Shown here: positions 1 to 7,066 of the stretch, piece after piece
How positions within the stretch are numbered: the first letter of the stretch is position 1
Layout of the letters: each line of letters begins with the position of its first letter
Assembly: GCA_016930515.1 (NCBI GenBank)
Contig: JAFGGO010000080.1
Span: forward strand, 1 to 15,209
Direction of reading: 5' to 3'
DNA length: 15,209 bases
From: Promethearchaeota archaeon
GTDB taxonomy: Archaea > Asgardarchaeota > Lokiarchaeia > Sigyniarchaeales > SOKP01
Position numbers and translations under genes: made by a program
The notes under the pieces: model-generated
The model's database searches: none
Told to the model about the DNA's origin: nothing
The model's input: only the letters and a program-made list of their open reading frames with translations

Positions 1-1132
1 CATTCTTTTCCATAAAGTTAATAAATTCATTCATTGTGATATCTATTATTGTTTTTAGAGTCGTGTCAGCAATTCTTAGAGTCCGATGATATGAAATTTG
101 TGAGTAATCAAAGGCTCTAGCAATATACATCTGGATTACAGAAGGTAGCATTTTTTTATTATAAACTAGTTGATTAGGAATCGGAGAATCATTTTCAGTA
201 AGTTTAATATCACCAACTCCATATCCCTTTACAATCCGATGTATATCTATACTTCCAAATGGCGTTCCAGTAAAATATGATTCTCTTAAAATATAATCTA
301 ATTTATCAACATCCAAAGGACCATTTATTAAATGGCCAATTTTAATTCGATTTGACTTATCATATAAATCTTTATTAGATAAACCTTCGATTTTTTCTTT
401 ACCTTCAATTAAATTTGCTATATTTTCAACATTTATTTCAATATTATTATTGAATTGTCCAATTAGATCAAATAAATCCTTAAAAGGATTATTTTTAGGA
501 TTTAAATCTTCGAAAATATCCCCTCCTCTTATAATATTAGCGGTCCTGACTTCGTGATTATCTGGAAGGATGTTATTAATTTCATAATTCATTTTATGTT
601 GATAAATAAAATCATCAAATGCATGCTCTCCAAGATGGGAAAAAGGATAATGACCAATGTCATGAAGTAAAGCAGCAATACATAATTCAATATCATTATA
701 ATTATAATGTTTTCCATAAAGCCTTGGATTTTCCTTTATTGCATTAATTATATCAATAGTAATCTTATACGCTCCAAGAGAATGTTCGAACCTTGAGTGA
801 GTTGCTGTAGGGTAAACTAAATATGCTAAACCTTGATGTTTTATTCCTCTTAAACGTTGCATAAAAATCGTGTCTAATAATAGATAAATGTATTCCTCAT
901 TAATAGTGATAATTTTATGAATTGGAGTATTTATTATATCATTCTTTTTTAACTCAATTCCTAATCTATTATGATTTTTATATTGATCAAGTTGTTGTTG
1001 AAAAGAATTGAGTCCATTATTCCATCGATTTTCTAGACTTTCAAAAAGAAAATCGAGTTGTTGCAGAATTTTTAGTTTAGGCTTTGAATTTGTTTTATTT
1101 CTTGGGGTTCTTGGGGTTGCCTGATTTGCCAT
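1..1132 (-). CDS. SAMHD1-like / COG1078 HD-superfamily nucleoside triphosphate triphosphohydrolase (partial; runs off the left edge, 377 codons in window)
   Basis: Hand translation from ATG at 1132 is open to position 2 (MANQATPRTPRNK...MEKN). Motifs: INTPIH, DTIFMQRLRGIKHQG, VYPTATHSRFEHSLG (H117), AALLHDIGHYPFSH (H157-D158), NHE, GPLDVDKLDYILRES (D276), ARAFDYSQISYH. Missing from the ORF track because it has no stop codon in the window. Confidence 0.93.
   Translation of the reverse strand, partial: MANQATPRTPRNKTNSKPKLKILQQLDFLFESLENRWNNGLNSFQQQLDQYKNHNRLGIELKKNDIINTPIHKIITINEEYIYLLLDTIFMQRLRGIKHQGLAYLVYPTATHSRFEHSLGAYKITIDIINAIKENPRLYGKHYNYNDIELCIAALLHDIGHYPFSHLGEHAFDDFIYQHKMNYEINNILPDNHEVRTANIIRGGDIFEDLNPKNNPFKDLFDLIGQFNNNIEINVENIANLIEGKEKIEGLSNKDLYDKSNRIKIGHLINGPLDVDKLDYILRESYFTGTPFGSIDIHRIVKGYGVGDIKLTENDSPIPNQLVYNKKMLPSVIQMYIARAFDYSQISYHRTLRIADTTLKTIIDITMNEFINFMEKN
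1099..1118. repeat. 9-bp tandem duplication encoding Thr-Pro-Arg-Thr-Pro-Arg in the HD protein N-terminus
   Basis: ttcttggggttcttggggtt, period 9, read directly from the sequence. Confidence 0.8.
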
Positions 1133-1154
1133 AGAAAAAAGAAGAAAAAAAATG

Positions 1155-1167
1155 TATATAAATCTTT
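1155..1167 (-). promoter_or_regulatory. BRE/TATA promoter of the HD gene (probably a leaderless transcript)
   Basis: Minus strand reads AAAGATTTATATA, with the TATA ending about 23 nt before ATG 1132. The same AAAGATTTAWA motif lies upstream of maf and the FGase-family gene. Confidence 0.6.
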
Positions 1168-1414
1168 ACATTTCTGTATTAAAACATTCTTTATCAATGA
1201 ATTTATATTCAATTAAGAATTCCATTAATTCAATAATTTCTTCTTTAATAACGGTTCTCTCTGATTCTGTGTTTGATTTTTTTGAGAAATAGTTAGTTGC
1301 AGCTGTAATAAAATCCTCAAATTTTATTTTTCCATTATTTTGATTTAATTTTATCTTAAAAAACTGTAAGACTTGTGTTTTATTTGGTTTTTCTATTTTG
1401 CAATTAACTCCCAT
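1166..1414 (-). CDS. Small hypothetical protein (82 aa from ATG 1414; the track start is TTG 1423)
   Basis: Fills the gap between maf and the HD gene on the same strand and stops 33 nt before the HD start. Predicted helical; the C-terminal EEIIELMEFLIEYKFID resembles a winged-helix/PqqD-type last helix (weak). Confidence 0.6.
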   Translation of the reverse strand: MGVNCKIEKPNKTQVLQFFKIKLNQNNGKIKFEDFITAATNYFSKKSNTESERTVIKEEIIELMEFLIEYKFIDKECFNTEM

Positions 1415-1622
1415 AGGATACAATAATCATACACCATTATTTGAAATTAAATTATTATTTGTAAAAGAAGAAAATACCACTTAAAAAATTTAACCCATTA
1501 AAGATATTCTTATTTTAATAATAATTTTAAGATATTTTTTGTTTATGTCTTCATTAATCTTTTTTCAACAAGCAATAAAAATTTTTCCACGATTGCACTT
1601 AAGACTTTATCAATGTCATTTT

Positions 1623-2246
1623 TTAGATTAGATTTGTCGAAGTTGCGAAGAGGTTTATTTCGAATTCTTTTTTTAAAATATAGCGCAACTTGCTCATGGG
1701 TAAACCAAGCACATTCGAAGGTGAACCCTTGATAGATTCTACAAATAAACTCGCCGCTTCTCTCAAGGAATACGCTCCCGCTCTTCCCTTCCACTCTTCT
1801 AATTTTAAATACTCCTTGATTTCGTTATCAGATATAAGCGAAAACGTGACAAGTGTCTCGTCGTGGTCCACGACAATTTTTGAGGTTTTCGTGTCCGTAA
1901 TAGCTATCCCCGTCATAAGAGAGTGTTGGGTTCCCATTAATTGGTGTAAAATCACGAACGCTTCCTGTTCGTTACTTGCCTTTCCAATGATAGTTCCATC
2001 GTGGTAGATGACGGTGTCTGCAGCAACGATAATGGCCTCCTCGCCACGCTTCTTTAGTGTTTCTCTTGCGGTTATCGCTTTAAGCCGCGCCAGCGTTTTG
2101 ATCAATTCAATGGGGTTCGTTATTTCCTTCTTATAGGCATCTTCGTCAACTTGGGTTGCAAACACGCTAAAAGGAACTTTTGAACGCTCTAGTATCTTCC
2201 TGCGATCGATTGAAGCAGAAGCGAGCACTATCTTTTCCAAGGGCAT
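1623..2246 (-). CDS. maf: Maf-family nucleoside triphosphate pyrophosphatase
   Basis: LASAS..RR, VDE, LARLKA, IVAADT, IIGK, AGAY and GSPSNVLGLP motifs; 207 aa. Confidence 0.95.
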   Translation of the reverse strand: MPLEKIVLASASIDRRKILERSKVPFSVFATQVDEDAYKKEITNPIELIKTLARLKAITARETLKKRGEEAIIVAADTVIYHDGTIIGKASNEQEAFVILHQLMGTQHSLMTGIAITDTKTSKIVVDHDETLVTFSLISDNEIKEYLKLEEWKGRAGAYSLREAASLFVESIKGSPSNVLGLPMSKLRYILKKEFEINLFATSTNLI

Positions 2247-2289
2247 TCACGATTCTTTTCGTAAACCTTCGATAGTAAATATTCGTTGG

Positions 2290-2301
2290 TTTAAATCTTT
2301 T
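2290..2301 (-). promoter_or_regulatory. BRE/TATA-like promoter for maf
   Basis: Minus strand AAAAGATTTAAA about 44 nt upstream of ATG 2246, within the divergent intergenic region. Confidence 0.45.
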
Positions 2302-2315
2302 TACAAACAATCGCA

Positions 2316-2329
2316 GAAAAATTTAAGTA
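2316..2329 (+). promoter_or_regulatory. BRE/TATA-like promoter for the kinase-like gene
   Basis: GAAAAATTTAAGTA ending about 20 nt upstream of ATG 2349. Confidence 0.45.
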
Positions 2330-2348
2330 AAATCCACAAGTCTTTTTT

Positions 2349-3476
2349 ATGCAAATGTTGGCGACGATCTTTTTTATTGAATACCTTGCATTAGCGGTTT
2401 TTTGTGTCTTTTGTATCCTTGTCTATTTCAAAAATTCGAGGGAATCGGTTTTAAGCAACAAATATATGGGTCTTTTTGCCTTGATCGTCGTTTTTACCTG
2501 TATTTTTAGCATCCTGGCAAGAATCATAATCGAGCCAGGCTTGGAGATTAACGCCTTTTGGATGATAACCATTCTATTCGCTCCAATCGTTGCCTTGATC
2601 CTTTTGATATTCTTTTCCACGACGCTCAACAATGTTATTAAATATCGCTTTAGTTTTACGCTCAAATTTTTTTACGAACTCGAAACCAGATTGACACAAA
2701 AAATTCAGGTAATGAATCAAACGCGACAGGACACCGTGCGAAAGATCAATCACGTCCTCATGTTTGTAGGTTTATTGGTCCTCTGGTATATTTGCGTGGT
2801 TATTTTATTAAGTGTCGTTGGCTCCTTAAAAGGGATGATACCAGAAGAACAAAACGTGATATTGGTTTTTTTTCTCATGTTCTCGGATCAAATATCTCCT
2901 GCGAGTGCCTTGCTGAATTTCGGATGGTTTTATTACGTGATTTTTTACGTCTTTTACGTCCTATTTATTGTAATGATCGCCAACGAGTTTACCAGAAAAT
3001 CACACCGAACATGCCTTCCGTTTAATTACATCTCTCGAATCGTGCTCACGGACGAAGAAATAAGGAGTTACGGCACTTACTTGTATTTTTCGATTGGACA
3101 CTTGCTCGCTTCACTCTTTTGCCCACCAATGGTATTTTTCGCCATCCTTGGTGTAAGCTCTATCGCAGATCTCGTGGCGAGCCAAGTAGGAATTCGTTTT
3201 GGCAAGAAGCAAATCAGGTGGAATCGGAAGAAAACATGGGAAGGATCGATCGCCGCTTCGCTAGCCTGCTTTTTTATTTGTTTACTTTTTGTAGGAATTA
3301 CATTAAGTATACTGTTTTCAGTTGTGTTTCTAGTAGTGGACATTATCACGGGCGTCGGTTTTCGAAACTTGAACTTGTCTGATAATTTACTCACGCCAAT
3401 CGCCTTAACGCTCGTCTATATCTTCGTCGAAATGGCGTTTAATGTACCCCATCAAGCACTGTTGGTATTCTGGTAA
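2349..3476 (+). CDS. CTP-dependent polyprenol/diacylglycerol kinase-family membrane protein (SEC59/DGK1/VTE5-like)
   Basis: RKINH (RKxxH), SIADLVASQVGIRFGK...KKTWEGS (CTP-transferase signature) and DNLLTP motifs; many hydrophobic TM segments. Confidence 0.85.
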   Translation: MQMLATIFFIEYLALAVFCVFCILVYFKNSRESVLSNKYMGLFALIVVFTCIFSILARIIIEPGLEINAFWMITILFAPIVALILLIFFSTTLNNVIKYRFSFTLKFFYELETRLTQKIQVMNQTRQDTVRKINHVLMFVGLLVLWYICVVILLSVVGSLKGMIPEEQNVILVFFLMFSDQISPASALLNFGWFYYVIFYVFYVLFIVMIANEFTRKSHRTCLPFNYISRIVLTDEEIRSYGTYLYFSIGHLLASLFCPPMVFFAILGVSSIADLVASQVGIRFGKKQIRWNRKKTWEGSIAASLACFFICLLFVGITLSILFSVVFLVVDIITGVGFRNLNLSDNLLTPIALTLVYIFVEMAFNVPHQALLVFW

Positions 3477-3555
3477 AATATAAAAAAATATAATAACAAC
3501 TTGTGAATATTTTGTTTCAAGTAAAAGCTAAATTAAATAGATCTTTTGGATATTC

Positions 3556-4536
3556 GTGGCACAAGGAAAAAAACTAACCATTAACAAATTCGTGTTGGTC
3601 TTTTTAACCATCTTAAGCATTTTTGTTTTAATATATTATTTCTTTATTGATTTCAATCTTGGATGGAACGATATTGAAACGGAACTTAATAGAACACTCA
3701 CGTACGCTTTTTTTATTGTATATTTTTTCGCTCTGTCCCTTCTAATGCATTACAAATCTTATATTGCTCTTTATATCCTCATTTTAATTATTGGTGGCCC
3801 CATGTGGTTGATTCTTTACGCTTTTCAAACAGAAGGGTCCCTCATTGTTACGATCCGGAACGCATTGACCATTCCCTTGTTCGCAGTAGTTGCTCCGGGC
3901 TTGACTTTTAATTTCATGCAAATTATTAAAAACAAGTCGAAAAAATTCGCAAATAACTCTGTTTTAGGAAATTATCACATTCACGAAGGGCTTATCGGAG
4001 TAATCCTCGTTGTTATGGCTACTATATTATTAATTATTCGATATTTCGTAAATTCTAGCACTCTCCCTGAAGAATATCGTGAACTAATTCTCGCTCTCGT
4101 GGGTATTCTGCAGTTTCTACTCACCTATTCGGGAAGTTTCTTGGTCTTCAGGGATTTTCAAGATGTGATACATTTTAAGTTCCTTGAAAAAAAGCATCCT
4201 ACTCAAGCAACACGGAATGTTCACATTTCAGAAACATTTAACGAATTGAGTCCTGAATCGCTTAAATTTTTCAAACTAGCCTCTGCAAGATTATATCCTA
4301 TCGGAATACTCTTAAGCAGTCTTGGAGCAATAATGATCATCCACGCGCTCGACTTCTTGCCCTTAGAATTATTTGGTTTAACCCAAGAATCGGTTGCATT
4401 TTGGGGTTTTTTATGCATATTTTTCTCGGGGGCATTCATAGGATTTGACTGGTACCGTTTATTCGCACGATGTTATCCTCTCCTTTACGAAGAAGTCGAA
4501 ACAGTGAAACGGAAAATAAAAGATCAAGGTTATTAA
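3556..4536 (+). CDS. Hypothetical polytopic membrane protein
   Basis: 326-aa ORF with GTG start and about 8 hydrophobic segments; contains GNYHIHEG. Confidence 0.8.
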   Translation: MAQGKKLTINKFVLVFLTILSIFVLIYYFFIDFNLGWNDIETELNRTLTYAFFIVYFFALSLLMHYKSYIALYILILIIGGPMWLILYAFQTEGSLIVTIRNALTIPLFAVVAPGLTFNFMQIIKNKSKKFANNSVLGNYHIHEGLIGVILVVMATILLIIRYFVNSSTLPEEYRELILALVGILQFLLTYSGSFLVFRDFQDVIHFKFLEKKHPTQATRNVHISETFNELSPESLKFFKLASARLYPIGILLSSLGAIMIIHALDFLPLELFGLTQESVAFWGFLCIFFSGAFIGFDWYRLFARCYPLLYEEVETVKRKIKDQGY

Positions 4537-4573
4537 TAATTATAAATCTTATTAAAAAAAGTTAAAAAAAAGT

Positions 4574-5152
4574 TTATTTTTTGGTACTTAAATAGTATGC
4601 CAAACCACCAACAATTCCAACAATAGCGATAATAATTGCAACCCAAAACAATCCTGCAAACCAGGCGTTCACGTAATATGTATATGGCAAGGAATTAAAC
4701 GGCGTAACCCAGTGCCCGTCGATGTATACAATGAGGAGAAACGCAATTCCTACGAAAAATGAAAATGCCCCACCGACACCTCGACCACCTTTGTGTAATT
4801 TCGACTTCTTATTATCGCCGCTCTTGATGAATGCCTTCTCGTCTTCTGTTAATTTTAGCTTCCACAAATACCCCACATAAGCTCCAAGGATGCCCAATCC
4901 AATTGCAATCACGATTAATTCCCACAGGATGATTTCCACGAGAAACAATAGCACGGTTCCTATGGAAAATTCACCGAGAGTCGCCGTACCTTGGCGTCCC
5001 ACCCAGGAATTATTTATGTACGCAAACAACATTAACAAAAGTGCTGTAATGAAAAGAACAATCCAAACGCAAAAAACAACAAAAGCTCCCTTGTGGTTTT
5101 TTAACAGCTCCTTTACTTGCTTTAGTTCGATTTTTTCTTTATTTTCTTCCAT
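4574..5152 (-). CDS. Hypothetical membrane protein (about 4 TM segments)
   Basis: 192-aa ORF with hydrophobic segments separated by a Lys/Gly-rich loop; converges on the previous gene across T/A tracts. Confidence 0.8.
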   Translation of the reverse strand: MEENKEKIELKQVKELLKNHKGAFVVFCVWIVLFITALLLMLFAYINNSWVGRQGTATLGEFSIGTVLLFLVEIILWELIVIAIGLGILGAYVGYLWKLKLTEDEKAFIKSGDNKKSKLHKGGRGVGGAFSFFVGIAFLLIVYIDGHWVTPFNSLPYTYYVNAWFAGLFWVAIIIAIVGIVGGLAYYLSTKK

Positions 5153-5475
5153 TTTTTTTATCTACCAAATTTGATTTGTTAAATGCATGTTTTTGTTAAT
5201 ATATATAATTTATACTAATAAAATATGATGTGGAGACCAATTTTTGAAATTATTTTTTCGCTTTTTTAAGAACCAGCTAATTATCAGTTAATTACTCGCT
5301 AAATGGAGTTCTCTCTGATGATTGAAAATAAAATCGATATCGCGATAAATAATAATATGGGGATTAGAGTATTTTTTTTTTTCGTTATAGTACAAAAAAG
5401 TAGTAGAAAAACATTCACAATTTTAAGAGCTTCTTTTCAAGATTTAAAATAACATCAATCAAGAATTTTTTTACT

Positions 5476-5769
5476 TTAACCACCAAAATAGATGTAGAGA
5501 AACGCAAGATCGTCTCCGTCTTTCAATATTGTATTAAGATAATTGTTCCCTCGATATGTGCTTCCGTTAATAACTATAGAAAGGAAGGAACTAAATTGGT
5601 CTTTATTCTTTTTGTCCCAAAGAAGATCGTTAAATCCCGAACCGTATTTCTTGGATAATTGTGCAAATAGTTCCGTGAGCGTCATTTCGCTTTCAAAATC
5701 AAGCTCGGTGTTTATAACTTTCGTCAGCTCGTTAAATGGTGGGCTAAAATGAAATTTGAGTCTGATCAT
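5476..5769 (-). CDS. MoaD/ThiS/SAMP-family ubiquitin-like (beta-grasp) protein
   Basis: 97 aa; TLTELFAQL..KYG, IVING, LKDGDDL motifs and a C-terminal di-glycine (YIYFGG). Confidence 0.9.
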   Translation of the reverse strand: MIRLKFHFSPPFNELTKVINTELDFESEMTLTELFAQLSKKYGSGFNDLLWDKKNKDQFSSFLSIVINGSTYRGNNYLNTILKDGDDLAFLYIYFGG

Positions 5770-5935
5770 GGGAACATTCCTAGCGTTTTTTAAGGAACAT
5801 ATATTAATCCACGGATTTAATTTTAATGGTAATGATTGGTAATTCCAACCTATTCTTATCCTTCAAAATTAAGGCATGTTTTTTATTAAAGCTTTAACAG
5901 CAAATTAATAAAACGTGAGGCACTTGTAATAAACA

Positions 5936-6943
5936 ATGGCTCAAGTTTTTTTTATCTCGAAAAACAGCGTACGGGAGGCTTGGTTGTCTGCTCTTGGACA
6001 TGTGCTTTTTTTAGGAGACGACATCAAGACCGAATATGATAAGCCCGACGATCCCCCCTCGAAGGACGCCACGGTCATGATAGAAGTAAAGAACCCGATG
6101 AGAGATCCAATAGTGCGTCGGGGAAAAGTGCTTAAGGTAAAATCGAAGTACGGAAATTCTTACGAATTGTTCGGTTGCATGGCAGATACCTACTTGATGG
6201 GATCGATTCAAAGCGGGTATATCGAGGAGATTTTAGAAGGTTCGAACGACCATTATATATGGGATTCTGATGTGAGCTTTCCGTATTCTTACCACGACCG
6301 AATCTACAACTACGCTCCGTTTTCGCTGGAAGACGCGGTACACGTAGATTATGAACTTGATTTCATCGATCCTGCAGTCGTTAAGAACCAACAAAAGCTC
6401 TTGAAAACAGGGCGCATAGAGGTGAAAGCGAATGGAACTACTTGGAAGCTTAAAAACGGATTCGAGATAAGCCTTGATAAGAGCATATCAGAACAAATTG
6501 GAATAGAAAAAATACCCTTGAGTCTATTGAACCTTCCAAGGATAAATCAGGTGGATTATATCGTCAAGAAACTGAAAGAAAGTCCGTATAGCAGGAGAGC
6601 CCAAGCCATAACCTGGCGACCTTTAATCGATCCCTTCCACGAGGACCCTCCTTGTCTTCAGAGGATTTACATGCGTGTCAAGAACAACAAGCTTATCATG
6701 CAAACAATGTGGAGGAGTAGAGATTTGTTCCGTGCGTGGGAGGCGAATGTGAACGGAATGATACGAATACAAAAAAGCGTGGCTGACCAACTTGGCGTTG
6801 AAATGGGACATTATCTTGATTTTAGCAATTCGCTTCACGTGTATGGGAATACAATTACGGAACTCAAAGATATGATAGGCCGAATGCAAAATAGGGGGGA
6901 GCTTCCGGATGATTTTATTGAACTAATGGAAAAGAAAAATTAG
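5936..6943 (+). CDS. thyA: Thymidylate synthase, archaeal type, with a large internal insertion
   Basis: YSYHDRI, NQVDYIVKKL, SRRA, PPCL (catalytic C240), RSRD (R260-D263), N271 (the dUMP-specifying N177 equivalent, same spacing as E. coli) and SLHVY. Confidence 0.9.
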   Translation: MAQVFFISKNSVREAWLSALGHVLFLGDDIKTEYDKPDDPPSKDATVMIEVKNPMRDPIVRRGKVLKVKSKYGNSYELFGCMADTYLMGSIQSGYIEEILEGSNDHYIWDSDVSFPYSYHDRIYNYAPFSLEDAVHVDYELDFIDPAVVKNQQKLLKTGRIEVKANGTTWKLKNGFEISLDKSISEQIGIEKIPLSLLNLPRINQVDYIVKKLKESPYSRRAQAITWRPLIDPFHEDPPCLQRIYMRVKNNKLIMQTMWRSRDLFRAWEANVNGMIRIQKSVADQLGVEMGHYLDFSNSLHVYGNTITELKDMIGRMQNRGELPDDFIELMEKKN

Positions 6944-7047
6944 AAGGGTTAAAATCTAATTAGAATTTTATGCGAAGCCACACAATATAACTTGATATAC
7001 TAACCAGAAAATTTAATAATATCATGGAAGAAGAAGCTATTTGCTAA

Positions 7048-7066
7048 TTTTATTGGAGCAATAAAA
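7048..7066. promoter_or_regulatory. Perfect inverted repeat (8-bp arms), possible operator
   Basis: TTTTATTG-gag-CAATAAAA in the 311-bp intergenic region after thyA. Confidence 0.3.

Noticed and set aside
1427-1429. In-frame TGA just upstream of the 82-aa ORF as possible selenocysteine read-through
   Set aside because: The upstream frame is a short low-complexity stretch bounded by TAA, with no redox motif and no SECIS-like hairpin seen.
1543-2007. ORFs 1543..1794 (-) and 1690..2007 (+)
   Set aside because: Alternative-frame and antisense shadows of the well-supported maf gene; no motifs.
2423-5174. ORFs 2423..2665, 2792..3025, 3077..3394, 3119..3382, 4221..4439 and 4890..5174
   Set aside because: They overlap longer membrane-protein genes and are typical antisense or off-frame shadows of hydrophobic coding sequence.
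6314-6541. ThyA insertion as a mini-intein or intron
   Set aside because: No Cys/Ser start with a His-Asn end followed by Cys/Ser/Thr, too short for an intein, frame uninterrupted, and no bulge-helix-bulge pairing seen.
5936-6943. ThyA homolog as a phage-type dCMP hydroxymethylase
   Set aside because: The specificity residue is Asn (N271), not Asp, and there is no viral context.
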